From assembly GCA_964035545.1 (NCBI GenBank), contig OZ037768.1, forward strand, positions 14,455,675 through 14,519,674: DNA of 64,000 nt. The letters are read 5' to 3'. Below the pieces are notes generated by a model. The model was not told where the DNA came from, made no database searches, and worked only from the letters and a program-made list of their open reading frames with translations. This stretch comes from Bugula neritina (taxonomy: Eukaryota > Animalia > Bryozoa). Position 1 is the first letter of the stretch. The number at the start of each line of letters is the position of its first letter. The position numbers and the translations under genes are program-made. Below, one piece after another: positions 1-47,906 of the stretch.

Positions 1-36695
<36,695 letters not shown>

Positions 36696-37387
36696 GATCT
36701 GCAGTTACGCAAAATTTGGCAAAGTATTAACACTACATCTGGTGGTTGCAGCTACTACTAGAACTGCAGTATAACTTTACACCTTCAAGTTACGGAATAG
36801 TCAATAACTTTTAATAAACTTTATAAAGCCGTGAAATTAAATCTACAATCGGCATTAAAGCATGCTTATTAACAATAGCTTCATGCATTCTGAATTGTAG
36901 TTAAGGCATTTGGCTAAAAGAAGAAGTATTTGCTTTACACAAATCGCCTTTTATTTGTTATTCAATGCCTTTCGCTAACGGGGTTAGTCAAGGTACTCAA
37001 GAACAATGCACAGAGGCAGTACAGCTTTATTTTACGCAAAGCTTGAAGTCGAAAATGCTGCAATAAAACTGGTAATACCCTAGTAACTTGCTTTTTTACA
37101 TTTTAAGTGAATATGAATTTCGCGATTGTCATCTAACAATGCAAAAAAATTGGTGTTATTAATGGCATTTTCCAGTATTAGCTAGTTTTCAACACAATTA
37201 CTTCCAACAGCTCAACTACATAATCAAATTATGATTATTAATGATAATTAATACGGTACCCAATAGTATATTATGTAATAAATATTACCTACGGATTTGG
37301 GAAGCAGAAAAGAAATTAAACTGCTGCCTAAGCAAATTGAAAACACTTTTAGAAACTTGCACAATGAGCCACCTGATTATTGCATGG

Positions 37388-38547
37388 TGATGTACGTTTA
37401 ATCTTGCCTTCCTCTGCTATTCGTGGTGGCACAAACTGTACAGCTAAAACATGAATTTGGCTGTAGATTTGAAAGAGTATCTTTATTGATTTGTTATATT
37501 AAATAAATAAAGATCAGATGCAACAAAATCAGCAAAGTTTTAATATATTTGTTGTGTCCCACCCAGTGGCCCATTGTACCCCGGTACTGGGGCACAATGG
37601 GCCGATTTTTTGGTCATGAAAACTTCATCATTCTGAAAGTTGTGAGAGAGATAGAAACAACAAACTGATACCTGTAATAGACAACAAATGCAGCATTAGG
37701 ACTAAAGATTATTGAACTAATAATTTGAAAAACAGACGAATGAGAACAACAAATGCAAAATCAGCCCGATGTGTCCCCCCCCCCGTTACCCCTATTCTAG
37801 TCAAAGTGTTCTAATGACAGTGTTGTGGGGTACAATGGGCCACTGGGTCGAACACAACAAATATATTGAGACTTTGCTGATTTTGTTGCATCTATTATTT
37901 ATTTATTTAATATGACAAATAGATAAAAATATTCTTTCAGATCTACAGCAAAATTTATGTTTTAGCTGTACAGTTTGTGCCACTATGGATAGCAGAGGAA
38001 GGCAAAATTAAACCCACATCACTCGGTTCTACAGTTCCATTATCATTAATGTTTAGAACTAAAAATTTTCTTTTATTTTCACTGATCAGAAGAACTTTCA
38101 TCAAAAGAAAAAAACTTCAGTAACATGTACTACAAAATTCCGAGTGGACGTTTTTCTATGAACTGTAGTTAAGGTGTGGCCAAATTGAAAATAAATGTGC
38201 CTCAAGGAAAATTTATTTTAGAGTTTGCTGTTTTACTAATTTAGCAATGTAGAGACAAACAATGGCAACATTATCAGTAAAATATAGGCTTCTTGCCTTT
38301 GAGTGTAAAAAGTTATGAAGCTTTAATGATATCCTAAAAAATTTACAAAAAGTAGGTGAAAACAGTTTTTTTATTCGTCTTTTCAACACGTATGTTTCGC
38401 AAGTGTTTAAACTACAAAGGCTGAATAATTATGTCAATATCTTTTCACGAAAAAAAATCACAATTCTAAATTAATAAGTTCTCTTGCAATTTAGCCGGCT
38501 TTTTGTACCCCTATGACTGTTGTGCCCCTCCTTCCCCGTTAACCCTA
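37388..38547. mobile_element. Rearranged copy of the TA-flanked DNA element family seen at 52103-53434
   Basis: 37388-37794 matches the 3' part forward; 37828-38547 matches the element in reverse; both end in CCCCGTTA(A/C)CCCTA. Confidence 0.8.
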
Positions 38548-39377
38548 CTGTGACTAGAACACTGTGACTATTACGCTGTGACTAGAACATTGTGAGTAGA
38601 ATACTGTGACTATATAGAAGATCACTAGGATGATGTCACTGATTTATTGTCATACAATGTCATTCATTAACATATTGTTACTAGCAAACACTAAAGATAG
38701 TAGTGACATGAATTTTTCCTTAAATTTAACCTGGTCAATATGTTAAGAATGTGAATCATTCTGTTGTTAATCTGACTTCTAAGCTAATCAAATGATAAAT
38801 GAATGCAACAACTCGCTAATTCACATTTGATAAACTGGAAGGCCCATTTGAAATCACTGTCACTTGGATTAGACAATTTTGTGAATTCTAGGCCGAGAGT
38901 CTCTAAACATTTTGGTGCAGCTTGCTTTACTTTTGATGCATATGCATGTATAAGAAAATTGGTTTCCTGTGCAACTTTCTTATAGCTTATAATTGAGGTT
39001 TAGAGAGTCCTTTTCAAAAAGAACAAATAATTATTAGTAAATAATCCAAGCTAATGTAATAAAAATTCGATGTCCATAGTGCATTTTAATAAAAAAATGG
39101 GTTCAAAGCACCTTTGCTTACATTTAGTGCAATAAATAGAATATCACAGTTAATAATAAAGCTGGCACCATACATATATATATCCTAATATTATGAATAA
39201 TTATTATATTACTTTAAAAGCAGTACTATTCAAATCTACCTGAACACTCTGACATAAAGAAAAATGTTGTAATATTCTAAAACAAACATGAAAGATAACA
39301 GAAATTATAACTAATTCAATATAATATTGCATGTTATAAATATTCTACTTCAACAGATTGTGCCATATACTGCCTAC

Positions 39378-40032
39378 CTCTTAGCATCAGTCGAGAACCC
39401 AAATGTGGAGAGTTTAATAGACTTAATCCTTGGCCGGAACTTATTTCTACAAGCGACTGTTTGTGAGACTGCTGCAGTTCTTTAGACTCTCTAATAGACA
39501 TTTTTCTAGCAGCTTGCTGAATGTGAGGCGTTTTTTGGGAATGCACTCTGGTTACCTTTACAGACTTGACTATTGTCTTCTGTTTAGATTCAATTGCATT
39601 ATCAAATTTTTTATCAAGTAATGGCAATATCTCATTTGTTTCGGTTGCACTGAATATAAATGCATTGGTTACATCATTTTCGTTGTCAGATTCCTCATTA
39701 GCTGAGTATTTTGGTGCAATACTAGATTTTAGAGTTGACCAAGACATTGACAAAGAAGGAGCTGATATACCGATTAGCTGTTTGTCAAAAAAAGATGGTT
39801 GTACTAGGTTTATGCTTCTTTGCAAAATTTTGCCAAACTTTTCTATCCTAGGAGACTTGCTTTTTTCTTATTTAAGTTCACTACCATCTTTAAAAGCATT
39901 TTCTACATACCGGTGTCTTTGTTTAGGCTTGGCTAAGAAAATGTGGTCATCAATGCTAGATGAGTCTTTTAGCTCAGAAAGTGAACCACTTTATGAAACA
40001 AGAGGTAATGCGACTTTGTCTGTTCCTGTCAT
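39378..40032 (-). pseudogene. Decayed exon-like frame (MTGTDKVALP...SRLMLR) with two in-frame TAA stops
   Basis: ~215-codon protein-like frame broken by two stops, ending at a G|GTAGGC donor; no homology recognised. Confidence 0.4.
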
Positions 40033-40366
40033 TCTGTAGCATTAGCTGCTTTCAACTATTTCCACAGTAGATCTTTACTTTGAATATAGCAGAAAAAAAT
40101 GTAGCATTTACATGTTCCAGACCAAAGTTAGCACCACTTCCATAAGTTGCAATACGGAGAATACTAGGCAATGGTAGTACCTAACTCAGGGTCATACATA
40201 TATTTATAACGTGCTTTCTTCTATTGCTAGCCTTCATGCTTCACTGATATCACCAATGAAAAACCTCACTGCAGACAATACCTGTCTTAAATAATTAATC
40301 TTTTACTGCAGCAGATTGGGATTTCTACGGCAACTATAAATCTATATTTCCAAAATGAACTAGTAA

Positions 40367-40504
<138 letters not shown>

Positions 40505-42972
40505 GTCCATCAGTCCCGTTGCCAATAGTTTCAAAGTATGAAGTTTTAACATACAAGCACAGTTCTGAAAAAATAAGGATAAAGTCTTGCTCTAATGTAT
40601 TCATACATAAAACTTGTGGGAATTGAAGCTCAGACTAGGCTTTCTTGAAGTTTATTAAAGTCAAAATGACTTGCAAAAAGGCCACCAAAATATCTACAAA
40701 TACTAAACAAGATATATTTATAGAAACTTCACAGGCCATCTATTTACTGCAGCTAACTCAATTATACCATTTGTTGTTTTGTTAACACTATTACAAAACT
40801 TTCAAAAAGTGTGCCAAATGTATTAATTACTTTCTCATTATATTAGTATGTTTAAGGATTTTGCCAAGATACTCATCAACACCATTTATAACTGATTAAA
40901 AGCAATATGGTTCCCACTAGCTATACTGCGCTGCTTGACTTTGACACTGCTGACTAAAGCCCTCAGTACTAATTAGAAACATAAAGTTAGCCAGCTTCAT
41001 TGTTTGAATGCCATGTTGCTGCCTACAGGCATAAAATGTCAGTTGTGGGACTGCAGCGATTTCTGAAATTTGATACTTCTTGAACGGTGTGTGAATCATA
41101 AACTACATAATTCAAAGCATAAAGAGGCAAAACAGAGCTGTGCAACTTATAACATTTAACATTATAATGATTATTTATCTAGCATATTTTCTATTATATG
41201 TACTTGTGATATCAAGCATATCCTTCATGATTATGAATATAATATATTTGAAATATAAATAATGTAAGGGTTTTGGCTTACATTGAAAATAATTTTTCAG
41301 TCCAGACAGTTTAAATTTAAAAAGCTATTTATGGTTTAGTAGGCTGATGGATTGCTTTAACTTTGTATAGAGTATAGATTGTACAGTCCATGTACAAGAC
41401 ATTAGGAATATATTGTAAAAGTTCTTCAAGTTTTGTAAGCTTTATCTGGTTATTTGAATTTGCTATTCTGTTTAAATATTATATCCATAACTGAATATCG
41501 TGTCAGTTTCTATCTCGATATCAAACATAAACATTTTGCTGTCAGAGAATGATGCTAGGCTGTCAGTCCGACATATTCAAGTAAAGATTACAAGAGATCA
41601 GTTCTTCTATTTCATAGCCTCAGAACCTATCTCTTGAGTTCATACAGCTTTACCATAGACACTTTCAAGTATAGGTCTAGACCTAAGGCACAAAAATGAA
41701 CTACAGTTGATGGCTGTTGTTTATCAGCCCACCAGGAACCATATTAGGTGTACTAGTTTATTGTTAAGTATCTGCATGCAATAACATACAAGCCTCTTTG
41801 TTTTCATGAAAGATGTACTGATAGCCAACATATTTGCTGTAAATTACAAATACTGTTTTTAGTTGCTGTATACTGTACAAGTTATACTAATACAGCTTCA
41901 AAATTTCGAGTCAATTGTAAGGTATTTATAAATTGTTGGGCAAAAATTATTATTAGAAGTTTTTAATTTTTCATCTCCAATTTTCAACATTGACTTTGCA
42001 TTGCTTTTTGCTTGTATCAGTTGAACATCAGTTCAAATAAAGCACCCATAAAACTGAGAGCACTAAGTATTTCCTCACCTATCCCGCTCTGTCCTGTTCC
42101 TTGTATGGAATTATGAAATGGTCACCTACCCTCAATTGCAATGAGTAATTGATATAAGGCTGTAACTACAACCAGTTCAATTTGATTGTGCAGGTAACAG
42201 TCGTGGCAACTACAATAAATGGAGGATACAGTTAGGGTTAATATTAATACAGCTATTTCTAGCAGTAAGTTGTATGTTAAAACAATTTTTTCATTAAGTT
42301 ATGAGTAAAAATAATAAAATATATTACTTTTGATTGCAAAGTCTTAACAAATGCAGGTCTGACTTTTTGGATTTAAATCCTCTGTTTTTACACATTGTTT
42401 TAATAAAAGCTTCTTATCACTGTAGCTATTGGATGAGAATTTAGTCTTGCAATTTTACTTGAAGTATAATTGTCTTCTCACTCTCTTTCAGTACATATAA
42501 ATTTAGTACTTCTTTAATTTATCTTCGTTATAAAAATTAAGTGTCTTCCTATTAAAGGATATTTTTGTAAATTTATTACCACCAATAACTTATACACTCT
42601 TGTAAAATACTAATATTATGTTTTAGCATTTATGGTTTATTAAGATAAACTCTCTTAAGCTGTATAACAAATTGCATGTGTATGAAAAAAAAACATAATT
42701 AAAAATAAATATAGAGATAGTCGGTAGCATATAAATGAATGCTAGATAATTCATATAAATTATAATATATATGAATATATTATTGTGATAAATATTAGAG
42801 TTACCCACCCCTGACACATGACACATGACTTATATTTTAACACAATGGTGTGGGCTGTAACTTAACCGATCATGCACGCAGGTCATGCTCATCAGATTAA
42901 CACTACAACTTGATTGGTTAATTTCTGTGCATCAGCCCTTTGTAATAAAAACGATGTTAGACAGACTGATAC

Positions 42973-43315
42973 TGTTGTGAGTTTTAGCACAATTATCAAG
43001 CGTGGATTGCCTGCGTATTTAGTTTCAATTTAACTAGCAACTACTAACAGAGCTTGCGTACGATAACCTTTATTTAATTCGATAAACATAATTATAACAG
43101 TATGTCAAAACCACAATACATCAATCAATTATAACACGTCTTACTACTACGAGCCCCTGCTCTCAACACACATGGTTTCTGCTAGCTAACCCGCGAACAG
43201 TCACTTGACCGGAACCTTGTCTTCCGGTCCTTCTGATTGGATAGTAAAACATAGTTATAAGTATTCCCAAACAGGAGGAGACAAATGCATTATTATGCTA
43301 CGTAATCCCATTACA
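42973..43315 (-). repeat. Element B 3' LTR
   Basis: TGTAATGG...CAACA on the minus strand, preceded by PPT GGTGGGGGCGG (43316-43326). Confidence 0.95.
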
Positions 43316-43592
43316 CCGCCCCCACCAGCAGAAAGCCATACTTTCTGATAAAAACAGAAATAGTATAATAATGCAAAAATAACATAAGTAAAGAAAACCC
43401 ACAAAGAGAAAGAAAAGAAATATCAAATGTATGACATATATAAACACATAGTAAGATAACGGATGGCCGGCGTACAACTGGCCAGCTATAAAGAGAGAGT
43501 CCTGGATCGTAGGTCATTAGCAGTCGAGCATTTACATGATCACAATGTAGTACCCCGGGAACATGCGGGGTGGAATTGTCAACTGTCAGCTC

Positions 43593-44264
43593 CTATTTTT
43601 GTAGGGACTGGATCCGGTGTCGTGCCTGCCGTGCACGTAGTCTACGCTTAAGGCGTCCCACTGAGCCCTTTAGTTCATTAAGGCTCACTGAAGTGCTGAG
43701 TAAATCGGGTGCCAACTGGGTGAATTCATCCTGCAGCCGTAGGAGTCTTTCTTCGACGGTTGCTAGTCGGGTAGGCCTGGTTGAGGTTGGCGTCGCCTCT
43801 TCCGGGGAGTCTGATGCTTCCATGGGGGTATTGTCTAGCCGCGGTATGATTGCAGCGACCGTTTTCACCATAGGGGACTTCTGACGGGCGGCTGTTAGCA
43901 ATGTATAAAATCCGGAGGATAACGCGGCCCAGGTTAAAGCTTTCTTAACCATTGGTTTGACCGCTTCTATGTATTGGTTGTAGTTGTCCGCGTCTACTAT
44001 ATAGCCCTCGCCCGCAAAACAGTCCATCATATGAGCCACGACAGGGTATGGGTACACGTCGTGAAATCCACACGGACAGAACCGTAGCAGGAAGTGTGCA
44101 TTCACATGCAGCCGCAGTCCTTGGTGTGAGGGAAGCTCTTCGTAACACACGTGGCAGGTGTGTTGTGACCTACTCGGTCCCCAGGCTTCTTCAATCTGCC
44201 GCTCCGTTAGTCGCGACACCCATCTGTGTCTTCGACGCAGCACCGCGGGCAGTCCGTTGTCCAT
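43593..44264 (-). CDS. Element B accessory ORF3: C2H2 plus C2HC-like zinc finger and C-terminal coiled coil (223 aa from first ATG; frame open to 44492)
   Basis: CHVC-x12-HVNAH, then CPC-x11-H-x3-C; heptad-like LATVEERLLRLQDEF...LNELKGSVGRLKRRL; lies between pol and the PPT. Confidence 0.8.
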   Translation of the reverse strand: MDNGLPAVLRRRHRWVSRLTERQIEEAWGPSRSQHTCHVCYEELPSHQGLRLHVNAHFLLRFCPCGFHDVYPYPVVAHMMDCFAGEGYIVDADNYNQYIEAVKPMVKKALTWAALSSGFYTLLTAARQKSPMVKTVAAIIPRLDNTPMEASDSPEEATPTSTRPTRLATVEERLLRLQDEFTQLAPDLLSTSVSLNELKGSVGRLKRRLRARQARHRIQSLQK

Positions 44265-44641
44265 TTCCGGTCCGTTATCCAAGGAGGAGAGAGAGTGTAG
44301 ATCCTGTGACCCAGAGTTGGTCGATCGAGTGTGATCTGCAAGAGTATAACAGTGTAAGAGGGTACACTGAGTGCAACCGGCGTATACAGCCTGGTGGGTA
44401 CTTAACTCAATTAGACACTCGTGAGACTCAGTTAATGAATAGTTGATCGAAGACACACACTGCTGTAACAGACTGTTAAGTCTTAGAGTCAATGTGAATT
44501 CTCACCACTAAAAATCATTACCGAGTCTCCAGCTTACTCTATTATAGCTAAGCTGATTAATACAGTTTAGCCCTCATACCAAAAACATAACTAACTCACC
44601 CCTCGATTCTTGGCAAGCCATTGTGAATGAGAGTGGTATGT

Positions 44642-47014
44642 TTATGAATTCTGCGTACGTCTACTCAAAGCTGTATTAACATGGTGAAAGAGCGAGCAGC
44701 GTGATTGTGAAACGTGACTATGACTTATTACCTCCGGCGTATGAATCTTATTTGAATTTCCGCCGAGGCAAAAGTTGATATTTTCGTGGTGCTCACAACT
44801 CCCACGCTCTGCTCTCTTCCCCTCACGGCGTCTCGTAGGACGTTTGACCGCGCCCTGAACGGAACGTGGTAAGTCCTTGCGATACGCGGGGCCTGGCTTA
44901 GGACACCGTTTCTGAGGTGTCGTCACTAACCAAGGCGGTTTACGCACCCGTGGACGGTCACGTCTCTTGGGTGGTGCTTCCAGCCAGTTTGTGACAAATG
45001 GAGCTTTCCTAGCATCTCCGTTCGGAGCCTGGGGAAGTGTTGTCTCCAGCCATGGTGGTTTACGCACCCGTAGACGGTCACGTCTCACAGGTGGTGCTTC
45101 CAGCCAATTTGTGAGAAATGGAGCTTTCCCAGTACCTCCGCACGGAGCCCCTCCCTTGGGGGGTTTTTGCACTTCCAGGTCGGTTCCTGACCTAGGAAGT
45201 GGCGATGGCGGCTTGCACGCTAACGGCGGTGAGCGCACTTCCCTGAACGGGTGTGGCTTTTCCTGCCTCGCCACTGCTTTGGGTTGCATCCTAGGCGGTT
45301 TGTCGACCAGGTTAGCAGTCTCCGTCTGCCCGGGTCTTTCTGCACTTTGCCTTCGCCGCCCTACCTCGTCAGTAGGGGGGCCGTGCTTACTGACCCGGCA
45401 GACTCCGCACTGCCCAACTCTGTATTGTACATCACGCTCCATGTGAGGCCAATACCACCAGAGTTGTAGTTCGGTGAACACCTGTTGGGCTCCCCCGTGA
45501 GCCTGTTGGTGTACCTCTTCTATCAACTCTTGGCGGATGGCGGCAGGACAGAGGGTCCTCTCCTGGTCTGGCTGGTGGTGGTTATCGGCCAAAGATATAG
45601 TCAGTAGACCATCCGGCTCGATCCGCAGTGCGTTCCAACGTCGGCAGTACAGCTGCCACTCAGGGCAGCCCTGCTTCCGTTGTTTGTCACTGGGTCGTCG
45701 CCCTTCCCGTTTCATTCGATAGACGTCGGCTACCACCCCCGGAATAATTTCCTGGAGGTGTCCTAGCTCCTTGACGCCATCGATTGAGACAGGTTTGGCG
45801 TGGGAGTCCTGTGCCACTTCTGGGGGCATGTCAGGGTCCCCAAGGTGAGGTGTAGCCTCGGTTTTGTGTAGTGACGTGGCCGTCTCTGGGCGCTGTTCGT
45901 CATCCACGCAACCGTCTGATGTTCTCCCACGGGTCTCCTGGCTGTGGGGTGAGGCAGTCCTTCGCCCGAAGGGCGGCTTCTCTAGAGGACTTTTCATCGC
46001 GGTTTCCCGCGATGGCCTGCTGTTATCTTCTTGAACAGAAGGAGTACAGCTTGGTGGAGAGGTGGGTGGTAGGCTCACTGGTTCTGAGGGGGAGTGGAGG
46101 CATGGCACCGAGGTCTTTCCTTTCCGTGTCAGCTGGTTAGAGCTGCGGACAGGTGGGACTTTTGGGTGCGCGCTCTCTACAGCTCCCGGCTTGGAGGTAC
46201 GGCCACCGTCTACCTTGCGGTGGACGGTGCCCCGGGAGTGGCAAGGCATAGTACAGGTACGTACTACCGGCTCTTCTCCCGTTAGGGGATGGCCAAACTT
46301 ATCGACACAGGCGAGCTCCCTGCCGCCCATAATCATCGCAGATTTACCAAAATCAATGCGACATCCGTGTCGTTGTAAGAATGGCATCCCAAGGATGGCG
46401 TCCTCCTGGAGTTGTCCTACTATGAATCCCTCCTGGATAGTCTGGTTACAGACGCTCCCAGGGAGTTCAATGATACCGTAGAAGGGGATGCACGACCTGT
46501 CTGCCAAGGTGCCATGATCGCCTTCATACGGTTCCAACCTGTTTCGGATCTGAGCACTGAGTGTGTCAAAGAATCGACGACCCAGGAGGTTGGTGGTACA
46601 GCCCGTGTCCAACAGATATCTGGCAGGTTTGCCGGCTATCTGTCCTGGTAGAAACAGGCTGCTCTCGTGGGGATGTAGTGGTATCTTGGGTGACCTCATC
46701 TCCCTCACCTTGGCGGAGGGGTTAGGTTCTTGACGACGACTCGGGACCAGCTGCCGAGGGGCTGGCGCCGCGCCTTGCGGCGTTTGGGCACCTTTCCTCG
46801 CAGACTCTGCGGTCCGTCGTTTGTCAAACCTGTTGCGGGGTGGCATTGAGAACACCGGCGGCGAGCGGCTTGTACAGCCTGCTTGCCGTCCTGGTGGCCG
46901 TTCCGCGAGGTCCCGGACGGGTGTCCGGCGTGGCGGACGCCACTGTGTCCTCCCTTGGGGTTTTAACGGCGGCCCGCCGGATGTGGGAGCATCCGCGGGC
47001 CGTCGTAGTTTAAC
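44642..47014 (-). CDS. Element B truncated Pol: aspartic protease, integrase H2C2 finger and Pro/Arg-rich tail; no RT, RNase H or DDE core
   Basis: Open frame; LLDTGCT and ILGMPFL; HQQAH...CGVC; no YxDD, RNase H or DDE motifs, all of which are present in related element D. Confidence 0.85.
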   Translation of the reverse strand, partial: VKLRRPADAPTSGGPPLKPQGRTQWRPPRRTPVRDLAERPPGRQAGCTSRSPPVFSMPPRNRFDKRRTAESARKGAQTPQGAAPAPRQLVPSRRQEPNPSAKVREMRSPKIPLHPHESSLFLPGQIAGKPARYLLDTGCTTNLLGRRFFDTLSAQIRNRLEPYEGDHGTLADRSCIPFYGIIELPGSVCNQTIQEGFIVGQLQEDAILGMPFLQRHGCRIDFGKSAMIMGGRELACVDKFGHPLTGEEPVVRTCTMPCHSRGTVHRKVDGGRTSKPGAVESAHPKVPPVRSSNQLTRKGKTSVPCLHSPSEPVSLPPTSPPSCTPSVQEDNSRPSRETAMKSPLEKPPFGRRTASPHSQETRGRTSDGCVDDEQRPETATSLHKTEATPHLGDPDMPPEVAQDSHAKPVSIDGVKELGHLQEIIPGVVADVYRMKREGRRPSDKQRKQGCPEWQLYCRRWNALRIEPDGLLTISLADNHHQPDQERTLCPAAIRQELIEEVHQQAHGGAQQVFTELQLWWYWPHMERDVQYRVGQCGVCRVSKHGPPTDEVGRRRQSAERPGQTETANLVDKPPRMQPKAVARQEKPHPFREVRSPPLACKPPSPLPRSGTDLEVQKPPKGGAPCGGTGKAPFLTNWLEAPPVRRDRLRVRKPPWLETTLPQAPNGDARKAPFVTNWLEAPPKRRDRPRVRKPPWLVTTPQKRCPKPGPAYRKDLPRSVQGAVKRPTRRREGKRAERGSCEHHENINFCLGGNSNKIHTPEVISHSHVSQSRCSLFHHVNTALSRRTQNS
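46950..47014 (-). promoter_or_regulatory. Putative -1 ribosomal frameshift signal
   Basis: G TTA AAC heptamer in the gag frame, 6-nt spacer, hairpin GGCCCGC-GGATG-ctccca-CATCC-g-GCGGGCC; the pol frame is -1. Confidence 0.75.
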
Positions 47015-47892
47015 CCTGGTTGAAGTCGGGGACAGTGTTTCTGGAAGTGTCCTGGTCTTCCGCACCCCCAGCAGGAGGGGTGTCCTCTACCAGGCGACTG
47101 CACCGGTGGCCCGTCAAGCTCACTGGTGATGCCTAGCTGGCTTTCCAAGGCGGAGACCAGTTCGGCTAACATGTCGGTCATTTGTGCGACCTGTGATGCC
47201 ACCGTCATCTGCGTCACCTTGGCTACCGCTGGAGTTTCCGCGTGAGAAGCGGTAGGAGCAGCGGAGGGCTCCATGTCCACCTGACGAGAAGTCACACGGC
47301 TCCGGTGCAGCTGGCTGGCCAGGAGGTAAACCTCCCCTTCTGCCAGCGCACCTTCAACCGTGGTGACTCCCCTCGCCAAGAGTTGGTGATGGAGTCCCAA
47401 GTCGTTGATGGACTGCACGAAGGCATCATAGGTATACCTCTCACGGTTTACTTGCGGCAGATCGCAGAACGCAATCTGCGCCAGTCTCATAACCGTGGTA
47501 GCAGGCTCTTGTAGCGGCGTGTGAGGATCACGCCGTAGTCTCTGAAGACGGGCCCGCGCATCCACAGCGGAGATACCAAAACGGGCCCACAGGGAAGCAA
47601 AGATGCCATCAATGTCTGGTCCCACTCCGTATGGCTTGGCTTTGTCTGACAGCGCCATCCTGAGCTTGAGCAATGCTATTCTAGGTGGCCATTGTGCAAC
47701 TTCCATTACATTTTGGAATTCCTGAACAAATTGCTCCACCGGCTCTTCACCTGAGAAGGTGGGTACCCTCAGCCGGTACTTCTCTTCGTAACATTCCCTA
47801 TGTACTCGCACTTCTGGTTCTATAGGTATAGCAATGTTATCTTCCTCACCTTCATTCCTCCGAAGGGGTAGCTCTGTGCCTCTTTCTGTCAT
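46963..47892 (-). CDS. gag: Element B Gag, 309 aa, with CCHC knuckle
   Basis: Intact ORF; CWGCGRPGHFQKHC; ATG just after the PBS. Confidence 0.92.
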   Translation of the reverse strand: MTERGTELPLRRNEGEEDNIAIPIEPEVRVHRECYEEKYRLRVPTFSGEEPVEQFVQEFQNVMEVAQWPPRIALLKLRMALSDKAKPYGVGPDIDGIFASLWARFGISAVDARARLQRLRRDPHTPLQEPATTVMRLAQIAFCDLPQVNRERYTYDAFVQSINDLGLHHQLLARGVTTVEGALAEGEVYLLASQLHRSRVTSRQVDMEPSAAPTASHAETPAVAKVTQMTVASQVAQMTDMLAELVSALESQLGITSELDGPPVQSPGRGHPSCWGCGRPGHFQKHCPRLQPGLNYDGPRMLPHPAGRR

Positions 47893-47906
47893 CTTGAAAT
47901 ACGCAA

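Noticed and set aside
43593-44492. ORF3 as an envelope gene
   Set aside because: No signal peptide or transmembrane segment; Cys/His spacing fits zinc fingers
43311-47514. Many short antisense and alternative-frame ORFs over elements A, B and D
   Set aside because: Expected shadows of GC-rich coding sequence; no motifs
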